A stretch of 64,000 nucleotides of DNA from the human T2T-CHM13v2.0 reference genome, Homo sapiens: the NCBI RefSeq assembly GCF_009914755.1, contig NC_060940.1; one strand, written 5' to 3'. Positions 46,060 to 57,829 of this stretch are shown in pieces (position 1 is the first letter of the stretch; the number at the start of each line of letters is the position of its first letter). Position numbers and translations under genes: made by a program. The notes under the pieces were generated by a model. The model saw nothing but the letters and a program-made list of their open reading frames with translations, was not told the DNA's origin and ran no database searches.

Positions 46060-46262
46060 TACTGTCTGATTTAATTTATTTAAGGTGCAAAAATAAATCT
46101 ATGGTGTTAGATGTCAGGACAGTGGTTATCCTTGGAAGACGGAAGTAACTAGAAAGAAGTATGAAGAGGCCTCTGAGATGTGTGCAGTCTGTGAAATTCT
46201 TTGAGCTATCCATTTGTGATTTATATGATACATTTTTTACATGAATGTTACATTTCAAAAAA
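46060..46262 (+). mobile_element. L1ME-like 3' UTR fragment
   Basis: aatctatggtgttagatgtcaggacagtggttatccttgg ... atgttacatttcaaaa. Confidence 0.7.
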
Positions 46263-46289
46263 GATTTTAGCAATGTCGATCACAGACAC

Positions 46290-46403
46290 CACAGCAGCCC
46301 TATGGAATCAGAATCTCTGGGAGTGGAAATTCAGGACCTTGCATTTTAAAAATCTCCCTTCTAAATTTTTCTTAAGACTACTGGATTTTGAGAATCTTTG
46401 CTA
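46290..46403. mobile_element. MER5-like fragment
   Basis: gaatcagaatctctgggagtgg ... ttgcattttaa ... tttgagaa. Confidence 0.65.
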
Positions 46404-46758
46404 AAGGAAGAGGATTAAATATTCTTCCAATGCCCAAGATTTCTTCAATTCTATTCTAACAATAAATATTTCTTAGAGAATAAATTTTTGATTTCCTTGC
46501 ATCATTTACCTTCTTCCTGTTAGGAAAATGCACATCATTTTTTAGGTGCTGAGACAGAGGACTAAGAAATCAATGACATAAAAATGCATACTTTAATATT
46601 TTTTCTTTAAAACTATTATCCTAAGGTGTCCTACATACTATAATTTATAAGTATCTGGAAGAGTGAAAACAATTTTATTGAGGCCTTGTAAAATATGGCA
46701 GGTGCTAGGACCTCATGGAACTCAGGTATCTTCAGTAGGATGTGAAACATCACATCAT

Positions 46759-46768
46759 GGGGCGTGGT
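46759..46768 (+). promoter_or_regulatory. GC/GT-box (Sp/KLF-type) GGGGCGTGGT, candidate CAPNS2 proximal promoter element
   Basis: Match to GGGCGTGG about 125 nt upstream of the CAPNS2 ATG in CpG-poor sequence; function inferred. Confidence 0.4.
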
Positions 46769-46887
46769 GCAGTGTAAGCAGGTAAAGAAAAGCCAGTTCT
46801 TCCACATGTAAACTACTTGAACTCCATTTCATCTTTTTTCATACCATCTCTAAGATTGCTGCCGCATTTGCTTGTTAAACTGAAAGC

Positions 46888-47634
46888 ATGTTTCTTGCAA
46901 AGGCTCTATTGGAAGGAGCAGATCGAGGTCTTGGAGAAGCTCTTGGAGGCCTCTTTGGAGGAGGTGGTCAGAGAAGAGAAGGAGGAGGAAGAAATATTGG
47001 AGGGATAGTTGGAGGAATTGTGAATTTTATCAGTGAGGCTGCAGCAGCTCAGTATACTCCAGAACCGCCTCCCACTCAGCAGCATTTCACCAGTGTGGAG
47101 GCCTCAGAAAGTGAGGAAGTTAGGCGATTTCGGCAACAATTTACACAGCTGGCTGGACCAGACATGGAGGTGGGTGCCACTGATCTGATGAATATTCTCA
47201 ACAAAGTCCTTTCTAAGCACAAAGATCTTAAGACTGACGGTTTTAGTCTTGACACCTGCCGGAGCATTGTGTCTGTCATGGACAGTGACACGACTGGTAA
47301 GCTGGGCTTTGAAGAATTTAAGTATCTGTGGAACAACATCAAGAAATGGCAGTGTGTTTATAAGCAGTATGACAGGGACCATTCTGGGTCTCTGGGAAGT
47401 TCTCAGCTGCGGGGAGCTCTGCAGGCCGCAGGCTTCCAGCTAAATGAACAACTTTACCAAATGATTGTCCGCCGGTATGCTAATGAAGATGGAGATATGG
47501 ATTTTAACAATTTCATCAGCTGCTTGGTCCGCCTGGATGCCATGTTTCGTGCCTTCAAGTCTCTGGATAGAGATAGAGATGGCCTGATTCAAGTGTCTAT
47601 CAAAGAATGGCTGCAGTTGACCATGTATTCCTGA
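46888..47634 (+). CDS. CAPNS2: Calpain small subunit 2, intronless 248-aa ORF nested in LPCAT2 intron 11
   Basis: Gly-rich N-terminus, PEPPP linker, penta-EF-hand domain (DSDTTGKLGFEEFKYLW ... EWLQLTMYS); A at -3 of ATG; no stops or frameshifts. Confidence 0.98.
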   Translation: MFLAKALLEGADRGLGEALGGLFGGGGQRREGGGRNIGGIVGGIVNFISEAAAAQYTPEPPPTQQHFTSVEASESEEVRRFRQQFTQLAGPDMEVGATDLMNILNKVLSKHKDLKTDGFSLDTCRSIVSVMDSDTTGKLGFEEFKYLWNNIKKWQCVYKQYDRDHSGSLGSSQLRGALQAAGFQLNEQLYQMIVRRYANEDGDMDFNNFISCLVRLDAMFRAFKSLDRDRDGLIQVSIKEWLQLTMYS

Positions 47635-47793
47635 AGTGGGAACTGAGAAGTCAAGATCCTCCCTGGAGGACAGGACTGAAAACCTTGCCAAGCTGTACAC
47701 AGTTGCTGATACCCTGTGCAACAGCTCTCATTTCCTGGCAAGCTCTTTCACAACCCTACATATTTCTGATCATGTGCTGCCTTTTACTGCTGA

Positions 47794-47799
47794 ATTAAA
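47794..47799 (+). terminator. Candidate CAPNS2 polyadenylation signal ATTAAA (alternatives AATAAA at 47946 and 48017)
   Basis: 160 nt after the stop, followed about 20-40 nt later by GU-rich tgttctgagtggtttgt. Confidence 0.6.
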
Positions 47800-48630
47800 A
47801 CAGATATTTCACGAAAAATGTTCTGAGTGGTTTGTATATCAGCTTTTTGAGATTTGGATTTATATGGACTTGCATATATATGGTGGGGAGGTTGTGGGGT
47901 AGAGTTCTAATGGAGTAGATTTTAAAAGGTGTTGCTTATTTAGTGAATAAATTCCAAGGAGTAGGAACTTTATTATTGTTGTTATTGTTGTTAAGAATGA
48001 ATTTTTTTAATCCTAGAATAAATCAAGAAAGCCCTCAGGAGATACATTTTCCATTTTAAAAAGTTGAGGAGAGAGGTTCAAAATCTGTTTTTCTTGTAAT
48101 TTTATACCTGGTTTTCCCATTATGTAAAAAAATGAAAAGTGCTTTTTAGGAAACTTATTTAACCATAAAGAAACAGGTTCAGACAATGAAATTAAGCAGT
48201 TTTATATAAGGGTAGCATTTTTTTAAATGATGGAGCTACTATCTAAAATTCTAAAGTTCTTTAATTCTGTTTCTTTAGTAAAAAAAAGCACATAGCAATT
48301 TTGTTTTGATACATTTGTAAAGAGAGTCAAAGACATTGAGGAATAAAACAATATGCTCATAGTTCAAAAATGTCTCTAGCTGCCTTAATGAATCAAAATG
48401 TTTGCTCTTACACGTACTTCATACAAAATCAGGCATGCCCTGTTGACGTTAGCCAGCTCTTGTCGTGTCTTGTCCTGCCTTAGAGCAAGGAAAATTCTTT
48501 TGTTCATCTTTGAAAACTACAGGCAGGAAATAAGCAGCAAACAAAGAAAAACAAAAAAAGAAAAACACATGAACAGTAATCAGTTAAATGGAATGTAAAC
48601 CAATATAGAGAACACATATTGCTGACTATT

Positions 48631-48803
48631 GCAATTATTCTCAGCCCTGGCTGCAATTTGGAATCACTGGGAGAGCTCTTTAGGAATACTAATACTTGAG
48701 TCTCCAAATATGTTAAATAAGACTTTTTAGAGGTGGGGCCCAGAGATGAATATGTTTAAAGCTCCCCAAGTGATTCTAATGATCAGCCAAGGTTGACAGC
48801 CTT
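48631..48803. mobile_element. MER5-like hAT element
   Basis: ttctcagccctggctgcaatttggaatcactggga ... gtgattctaatgatcagccaaggttga. Confidence 0.8.
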
Positions 48804-50472
48804 GATTGCTTTGAAGTAGGGCCACCTCACAGTATTTTTCAAGCCTGTCTCAGCCAAAACTAAGGCCATGCAGGAGAGTCAGTGTTGCCAGCATTCAGGA
48901 GAAGGAAGATAGAAATACCAAGAAAATGCCACCCAAAAGCTGGGGTAGTTGTGCCTTTCTTGCGTACAGACCTTGGTTTGGCTTTATAATTTTGATAATA
49001 GGCTAATATAGCAGAGCAAACAGAATCCAGGATTCCGGTGCCAGTAGACACAGCTAGAGAGGCTACATTTGCAAGTGCTCGGTTCCTCTGTCTGCTATTT
49101 AATTGGTCTCTACCCATTCTGCTTCTCTGATTTTTAATGCATTGTCTCTATCCCAGGCTACTTTGGAGGGTCATCCCGAGTTTGCAGATAAATTCTTCCT
49201 TCCTCTTTGGACTCATTTAGAAGAAAGTTGTAACTATGGAAATGATGTAACTAGCCTGTTAACATCCCTCAGCTTCCTGTTAGAAATCCCCAGTGAAATG
49301 TGGAGAGGTTGGCTTTTGACCTTTGTGTTCACCATCATCACCATCATACAATATTTATGAAACACCACACACATATAATTCTGAACTGAGCCAAGCACAG
49401 AGATCACATCCACTTTCCTCAAGGGACTTGTAATTTAACCTTGGTCTGGTGTGCTACTTAGACCAGGTGTGGTTACATAAGAAGGAGGCTGCTGCCAGCA
49501 ACCACACATTAATAACAATCTCTCTATTTTAGAATAAGTCCAGGAATATGTTAGGCATGGATGTAGTAAAGTAGCCAAGAAAGGGGAAAGCTGCCAGACA
49601 TCTTTTAAATTCTCAGAATATTAGGTTTATAATTTAACCTTTCCATAGGATGGTTGTGGAAAGAACAATGTAACCACATTTTTGTTCTTCACTTTATTGT
49701 AAATGTTTCATAAAAGTTAAAACAATCATCTCACACTAGGAGTGGTATTATTGCCCTTGCTTCTCAAGTTGAGGGATTACCTACTTTTACAATTCTCTTC
49801 CAGCATGCTCATGGAAAAACACCCTGAAATTACCTAAGTTTCTCTCCTTTTCTCTTCTGAATTTGTATAAGTAACCTCAGACATCAGAGTGGATACTAGA
49901 ACTAAAAAATCTGGACTTTTTCCAAGTAACCAAATATTTAGCATTGTGTAGAACCAATAGCCTAGCAAGTGATTGAATTTCTTAGTTTTCATTCAATATT
50001 TGATGTTTTAAAGGCACATTTTTAATGTTAGAAGCAATATTTAACTTGACACCTTTTTAAAAATTTGCCTGCTCTATATGCAAGACTATTTATAGCCTAA
50101 GATTTATATAATTCATATAACTCCATGCCATTATTCTTAAATTTCTGACATTAAGTAATTTAATCAATGTAAATTGAAAATCATACTCAGTGATAAAAAT
50201 ATGTGAAATTATACATCTACATTTTTAAATTTCAAAAGATCCCATGTGATTTTGAAAAGTAACTTTATCTTGATATAATCCACTAAATTTTATAACCTAT
50301 AAAAAAGGAAAAAGAATCATGTGCTCTGTAACTATGAACAGCAAACTACCAGAAACATTCAAAATTTTTATGTGATCTTAAAGGTCACTTTAAAAATATT
50401 TTTGGGTAGCGGTGCATGTGTTTTTAAAAGTTGGTTTATCTAGCTACCCCAGTCAGAAATCTTATCAGTACT

Positions 50473-50749
50473 GGCTAGGCATGGTGGCTCATGCCTGTAA
50501 TCTTAGCACTTTGGGAGGCTGAGGTGGGCTGATTGCTTTGAGCCCAGTAGTTCAAGACTAGCCTGGGCAACATGGCAAAACCCCGTTTCAACAAAAAAAT
50601 TTAAAAAATCCCCACAACTAGCCAAGCAAGTTGGCGCACACCTGTAGTCCCTGCTACTTGGGAGGCTGAGGCGGAGGATCGCTTGAGCCCGGGGGGTCCA
50701 GCCTGAGTGACATAGGGAGACCCTGTCTTGAAAAAACAATTATTTAAAA
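50473..50749 (+). mobile_element. AluJ with internal right-arm deletion, 14-bp TSD
   Basis: TSD aaatcttatcagta at 50457 and 50750; junction gagcccggggggt|ccagcctg. Confidence 0.93.
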
Positions 50750-51984
50750 AAATCTTATCAGTAGTATTAAACAACTACCCGTATAGTGGGGACTTAAAAA
50801 ATATTTGTGGAGGCACTTACAAAGTATGGATATCTAATGTGCCTACTGATCTTGAAGAACCTTCAGAATTGCTTTTTAAAAATATTTAAGTATATTAAAA
50901 CAATTTTATTCCTAGAAACTGATTCAATTATGTATATGGGTAGAAATATGCTCTTAGAATATTCAGTTAAATCGAATACTTCTTCCTGTACTCTTCTGTA
51001 CAGCTCAGAATTTACTGTATTTTAATAATAATACTCCTTTGGATTTATAGAGTATCTCTGACGATGTGAAGACTTTTTTCTGTTGGTTGCTGCCAAGTAA
51101 ATTCTGTTTTATGTAAACGTTTTAAAATTATTTTGACAACACTGATTATCTCTCATTTACAGGGATGATATATTTCAGTTATAACATCAGAAGGAAAAAT
51201 AGTCCCTCTTCTTGGGAGTTTATCATTGCAAAATGTATTCAAAACCATATCCTTAAATTTTACTAAACATAAAAAGTTATAAAGAGTATCTAATTCCACA
51301 TGAATAAAGATGTTGAATAAATTCAACTATGAAACAACTGGAAGGAACTGATACCTGAGAATCAGACACATGAGAATCACCACTTATTTTTTCAAGAGTT
51401 TTAAGTGGACAATATTTGAACAAGTAGCCTAGAGCTTCCTGCTGGCCCTGAAAGCTGGTGTTGTGTGACTAAGCAGATGAAAGGTGCTGGGGGGCCATGA
51501 GCTCACAGTGACCTCCCCTCACACACACTTCCATGCTTTTCTGATCCTGCTGACTTCCAGGAAAGGGATGGGGCCCACTGTCTGGAGTTTCCATGAGACC
51601 ATTATCTTTTCTATTTGTACTTACCCAATGTAACTCCTTAGTTCTAACTCTGGACTTCTCTGGGCTCCAGATTAGGACAGGTTATGGAGGGATTACGGCC
51701 TCCCTCCAAAGAGCTGGTCTCCTTTGAAATGTGGCCCTGAAATATCTTCAAGTCTGGATTTTTTTTTATTAAGTTTATAATTCTTCCTGGGGACCTCAGT
51801 AGGTTTTAAAGAAAAGAACCAAAGATTGTGCAATAATTCTTATCATGATACTGATTTGACATTTAAGAATTAAAAAAATAGTATATTTTGCTGTATAATT
51901 TTTATCTGTTTTGGGGTACATTTTATCAAGCTATTTGCTTTAGTAAGCAGCCAGATTATCTAAATTTTAATTGCAGCTATGGCA

Positions 51985-52105
51985 ATAGTGAGTTTTGTGA
52001 CCTCAAGAGAAACTTTTGTCTCATTTTTTTCATTGGTAAAATGAAGAAGTTGAATGGATGATTTATAAGATTCCTTCCAGTTCTAAATTTTGTTATTCTG
52101 AATTT
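51985..52105 (+). mobile_element. MIR3-like fragment
   Basis: gatgatttataagattccttccagttctaaattttg tail. Confidence 0.65.
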
Positions 52106-52811
52106 GGAATCTTAACAGTATATTGATTTACTAATCCAATAATATAATCTCTCAGAGTAATTTCCATGCTGCTTTTTCCTTCATATTACTAGGATGAAAA
52201 GATTCATATACCCTCTCTTGTGATCATCAAGATTCTTTGTCATTCAAAACCACTCGTATGTTAATGAAATTAGGGGTCCAGAATGTTACCTTGTTCTGTG
52301 ACTAGTGGTAATGTTAAGAGTTTGTCACATTTCTATTTCTCCATCTGCAAAATGACTTAATGATGCTTCCTGACAAGTGTTACACATAGGGTTTGGTAGT
52401 ATAGATAAAAACTGGATATCTCACAATAAAGATACAACATAAATTCAAAGGGGTATTTCCAATTATACAGACAATCTATGATAGTAACTTCAGTGTCCAG
52501 AAATCATTCTTGGATCTGTTCTTAAGAATTTCTATTTAAGACTTCTATGTTGCTTAGTGGAAAAAGCTAATTGCAGAAGAAATGTATCTATGTTGAGCAA
52601 TAAAGCCATGGTTCAAGAAGCTCCTCAACCTCTAAGGTTCAGTAAAAACAGCCCTCCAGAGTGCATTAGAAAATTAAATGGTGGTGGCAAAGAAGGAAAT
52701 GATTTCCTTTAATACTCTGCCTTCTCTGAAACATCTGGAGTGATGAAATGTAGATATTGACTTTGGCGCTGGTTACCATGGTGTATACATTTGTCAAAAC
52801 ACATCAAACTA

Positions 52812-52990
52812 AGCTGGGTGTGGTGGCACACGCCTGTAGTTACAGCTCCTTTGGAGGATGAAGTGGAAGGATCTCTTGAGACAAGGAGTTCAAGCCTGTA
52901 GTGCGCTTATGGTCATGCCTATGGATAGCCACTGCACTCCGGCCTGGGCAAGAGAGTAAGAGCATATCTTTAAAAAAACCAAAGACCAAA
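52812..52990 (+). mobile_element. FAM (fossil Alu monomer) inside an L1ME-like 3' UTR fragment (about 52735-53075)
   Basis: Monomer keeps the 7SL-like gtgcgc...atggatagccactgcactcc segment; TSD aaaacacatcaaac / aaaacaaatcaaac. Confidence 0.85.
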
Positions 52991-53819
52991 AAACAAATCA
53001 AACCGTACATTTAAAATGGATGCATTTGGTTGAATGTAAATGTAATCAACACAAATAAAGCTGATTAAAGAAAAGGAAAAACAAAAAACAAAACAAAACA
53101 AAAACAGCTCTCTGACAGACTGGTAATCAGACAAAAGAAAGTCAGATGACCTGAATGTTTGTTTCAGGAATAAACCTTGTTCCTTTAGGGAAATCTTGAA
53201 ACCTCTGTTTCTACCTTCTCTGGTGAGAAAACGAGATTAAATTATTACTCCTTTTAGTTTCCGCCCTGCAGTAAGATAAAGTAATATGGTGAAAATGATT
53301 CTTAACTTTTTAAGTTTTGGTTGCTTTGAGAAGCTAATAAAAGCTACATTTTTCTCTAGAAAGATGTCATAAAAATTGCATACCATTTCAGGGGCTTCAC
53401 AGCCCTTCCTTCCCCAAATTCATCCATGAAACTCCAGCAAAGAATTCTTGCCTTAGTGTTTTAAAGTGGAAGTTCTATGAACCTAGAGTAGTAGGTAACG
53501 GTAGATGAGAAAAAGTTGTGTTTGTTTTTTTGTTTTTTTTTTTTCTTAGCCCCTGTCTCTGTGCCTCGGAATGAGAATACATTGTTACACAAAGGAAACA
53601 GCCCTTGCTTTTAAGAAACTTTTGATTGAAGCGTAGATACTTCAACACAGATGATTATCATACTCTTGTTGTGTCAAATATTATTATTAGTCTATCAAAT
53701 TAAGTACTGCCCTAGCTTTGTTGTTACTAGTTCATAGTTTATCTGGGAATTTATCACTTGAAAATTTTGCTGCCAAAATAATTCTAACACCTGGTATTAT
53801 AATCAAGTACTTACTTACA

Positions 53820-54033
53820 GTTTCTCTTTCTTTCTCCCTCCTCCTACCCTCCCTCCACCTCTTTATCTTTTTCTAACACTTCCATCTCATTTGTCCCTTC
53901 TCCTCTACTCCCTCTTTCTTTTTTAGTTCTCTGTCTGGCCTCTCTTCCTTCAGTCCTCCCTACTTTCTACCTTATCTCTCTCTCTCTTTCTTCCTTTTCT
54001 CCTAAGCTTTCTTCTCTCCATTTTCATCTTCTT
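53820..54033. repeat. About 210-nt polypyrimidine low-complexity tract
   Basis: Direct reading. Confidence 0.9.
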
Positions 54034-54769
54034 AGAGCTCCTGTCTAGGTAAACAGTTAATGTACAGGGAAAACTCTGTATTTAGTCAGCCTGAATTACA
54101 ATGATCAATTTCTTCCCTTATATTGCCATCAGGAAATGCCTCCTAAGGTATATTATACTAGTTATGCTTTATTTTCATTGGCTTAGAAGTGTAAGATCTT
54201 CTGGGGTGATGTCCCCCAGGGCTATTAAAGTTGCCCAAGTTTGCTTCAGTTGCTCCTGGTTTACTATAGATTAAGCCTGGAAGAAAGAAAAAATGTAGCT
54301 GTGATTATTGCCCTTTTTCTTTTCTTTCATTTTCCACATGTGGAAGATTGCTTAGTAACCCCTTAGGACCCTTAATGACCCTTTGGTGTTGGTCTTTATG
54401 GCAGGACCACCAGTAATGGTGGAATGAACACTTCACTTCCACAAAGGATGAAACTCATAGGTCCTGCCTCCCAGAGGGGCTCCCATCATGGCAAAGCTGA
54501 GCTCAAGAACCCACACTGGGTGCCATAGAGCCATGATAAATGGCCCCAGTCATAAAAAGTTTATATTTATTGCTGAACAGAAAATATATTTTTCTTCCTT
54601 CTTGGGAATAGTTGGGCTACTTGCTTGCTGTTCCTTCTTAGTGAGACTTTTCTCCAAATAGTGAATGATGAGGTTGAGCTATAAGACATACCTGAATTTT
54701 ACCTTGTAGTAGGATTAATAGTAATTCCACTAGTGGCCCTCCTAATTGATTTATCCCATCCTTTCACAG

Positions 54770-54868
54770 AACCATGATGGCAGCATTGACTTCCGAGAGT
54801 ATGTGATTGGCCTGGCTGTCTTGTGCAACCCTTCCAACACAGAGGAGATCATCCAGGTGGCATTTAAG
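54770..54868 (+). CDS. LPCAT2: LPCAT2 exon 12 (NHDGSIDFREYVIGLAVLCNPSNTEEIIQVAFK)
   Basis: tttcacag|AAC acceptor, AAG|gtactg donor, 99 nt; completes EF loop DR|NHDGSIDFRE. Confidence 0.97.
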
Positions 54869-56547
54869 GTACTGTCAGCCCCATTGAAAGCATCTTGGTC
54901 TGCCTTGTAAACAAGTGTTGACTCTAAGTGTATTATTTGAAAATCAGTGAATCTATTATGTGATTTTATAGATCTGCTGTGACATGTACAGGACAATAAT
55001 GTGATTAAGTCAGTTGCTACTAAGAATAAAGAAAACACAAGCATTTATTTAAGCAAAAAGTTTCTAGAAGTAGCCTAATTAACAACATCAAGATTGAAGA
55101 GCAGGAGATTTCACAAGCTAACTTAAAAAATTATTTCTTTTCAGCTTCCCCATTTTGAAGCCCCAAAGGGAAGTTTATAAATAAACACCACCTGTCACTA
55201 GTCATCCTAATTCAGTCTCTGGAAAGTTCTGATCTATCGTTATTTTCTCATTCTGTATGTCAGTGATATTTTCAGTGGTACTTTTTCTAATAAAATTTGT
55301 TTTGGCATTGTGGCGTCAGGTGAACACCATCATAAATGTCCCAAGTTCCTGCCCCTCATGTCTTCCTGTCTTGTCACATATATTTTCACAGCAATACAGG
55401 GATCTAAATTGGGAGCAGATGAATAAAATTCATGTCCCTGGTTCCCACAGAGCTTGATGAAAGTTCAAATTTTGAAGACCATTTACTTACAAGTGCAAAA
55501 CAAGAGGGAAGAATACATTCCCAAAATGTGTGTTCTGTTCTGAGAGTAAAGGGGCTTCATCTAATCAGTATGTTTAAATATGATACTCCCTTTTAGTTCT
55601 CTCAAGTAAAAGAGAAACTTCATTTCTCTCCTTGTCTTGCTAAGCTATGTATATTGGCTCTTGTTGTACAGCCACGTAGTTTCCTTGCTTTTGTCCAGCA
55701 AGAGAGCTGCAGACCTTCTCTGTTTCTGTTTTCTACTCATCTCTTCCTGACTTTCTTGGAGAAGAATGTCTCCCTGCAATTCCAAGAAGGCTTTCCCCCC
55801 TCTATTATCTAGAAAGACGTTCTTCTTCCAAGAGTTCTTTCTTATGTCTTAGAGGCCAATTGGGATAAGCCTTAGGAATTTTCATGTGCACTATCATTGA
55901 CAGAAGAGCCCCTGAGTTTACTTTTTATTTCAGATTGGTTTAAACTGAGTTAACTGCCAGGCTTATAAAGAACCTAAATGGTTGATGCTTAGCAGATGGT
56001 CATAAGGCAAGGGCCAGACTTTTTCCAAAGTTTAAACCCTTCAGCTTTTACAGACTTATTCATCATAAAACCTAAAATTACACACATAGCTAACTTATTC
56101 TTCTGATCTAGATATTTCTGTTTCTGTTTGGGGATTGTACGTGTAATTATCAGTTTAGTTGAGCAAATGGTCATTTTTGGTTTACCAATGAAAGACCTGA
56201 TATAAAATTTGGCCCTTAATCACAGTAATTACGATTTGAAAGAAGCTGTGAGATTTTTGTCTAGCCTAGACCTTGGTTTGGGGAAGGGGAAGGGAAGAAA
56301 GGAGGGCTTAAAACTATAATTAGCTTTTTTTTTTTTTCAGTAAGACAAGAATTATGCTTTACATTGGTTATTTTTTAACCCTCCTTTTTAAATGTGTTTT
56401 ATGTTTTGGAAGTATTTTTGCATACTTTTTATTTAGTAGTATCCTTTTACATATAGGATTCTTTTACATACTTTTATTTGGATAGCACTTCACAGTTAAT
56501 TTCCCATCTTTTATCTCATTTCACCTTCACAGTGACACTTAGAGTTA

Positions 56548-56900
56548 GAATATTAGTCAAGATTCTTCATTTGCAAGCAATAAGATAGACTGACTGACTG
56601 ACGCCAAAGTGGAATTATTTGTAAGGCCAGGGAGTAGACTCAAGGGAAAACTCACAGCCAGGAAGCTTCAGAGGTCCTGGCTGCAGGAACAGCCTTACAA
56701 CCTCCCTGGCCACTGCAGTTAAAATGAGCAAACTCCAACTCTGTTCATAATGCACATTTCAGGGAGGGTCCAGCTGGTCTTGGGCCATGTGCGTGATGGG
56801 AAAGACAGAATGTTTTCATTAAGATTCCACATTATTCTGTGCAATGGGGAGATATCAGTCCCCATTTCAAAGGAAACTGAGGTGTTAAACTTTCTACCAG
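56548..56900. mobile_element. Old MaLR (MLT1-type) solo LTR remnant
   Basis: tattagtcaagattcttcatttgcaagcaataaga ... ggaattatt end motif; far boundary uncertain. Confidence 0.6.
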
Positions 56901-57514
56901 AGTCTAGATCATGCATGGGGTTTACCTTAGATCTAGGAACTTTGTAGTGGGGAGTGACGAGTAAGTGAGGGAAATTGAAGAGTTTAGAGAGGGGAGTTAT
57001 GGCAAAGGACACATATAGAGGAAGTAAAAGTCTTTAGTATGGACCATGTAAAAGGAGCTTATACAGAAGTGAGAGACACCAAAGCACCAAACCTGGCAAG
57101 AATTTAGACTGTTTAGATGAGTTGGCACAAACTGTTTAGAAATGGAAGGCCTCTGAAGAAAGCTTAGAGCTTGTGAGGAGGGAGCTAGGACTGAGTCCTG
57201 GCAATTACTGTTGAAGTCCAAGGCGCATGAAGAGCCTGAGGTCTACAGTTTGTGAAAACAGATGTCGATTCACTTTTCACTTTCCAACTATTGTATCCCC
57301 TAACTAGGCACTGAGTGGTAAGAAATGGACTTGAAGCCAGAGCTTTGTCTGCTGGGGCAACAAATCTCAACTTCAAATTATACTTTTTTATCCTCCTACC
57401 CTTTAGGGACCATTAAAACATGATTCAGTATTTGCTTATTATTTTTTTCATGGTTATCACCCCTTATCTAATACCTGTTTTTCTCTGTTTTTGATCTTGT
57501 ATTTGGTCAGAAGT

Positions 57515-57765
57515 AGAAATCTCAACATCAGGAACTCTAGATATTATCTGCCTGGATTTGGATGCCCCCTGTACTACTTGCAAGTGGTGTGACCTTGGGA
57601 AAAGTTACTTAACTTCCTTGTGCCTCAGCTTTCCCATCTGTAAGATAGGACTGACAGTGGCACCTACCATAAGACTATTGTGAGGGTTGAGTGAGTTAGT
57701 ACATGTAAAGTGATTTGAACACTTTTGATCAGTGCTTATAAAAAGTAAGTACTCATATCATTAAA
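57515..57765 (+). mobile_element. MIR SINE
   Basis: gtgtgaccttggga...gtgcctcagctttcccatctgtaa core. Confidence 0.9.
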
Positions 57766-57829
57766 AATTCTTAAGACCCAGGAGAGGATTTTGAGTATGG
57801 AATATTAATTATCCATCAGTTATCCTTAT

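Noticed and set aside
46888-47634. CAPNS2 as a processed pseudogene
   Set aside because: The ORF is complete and uninterrupted despite clear divergence from CAPNS1, with candidate poly(A) signals downstream.
46817-47902. Overlapping alternative-frame and antisense ORFs around CAPNS2
   Set aside because: Shadow ORFs of a real CDS; mostly non-ATG starts and no recognisable domains.
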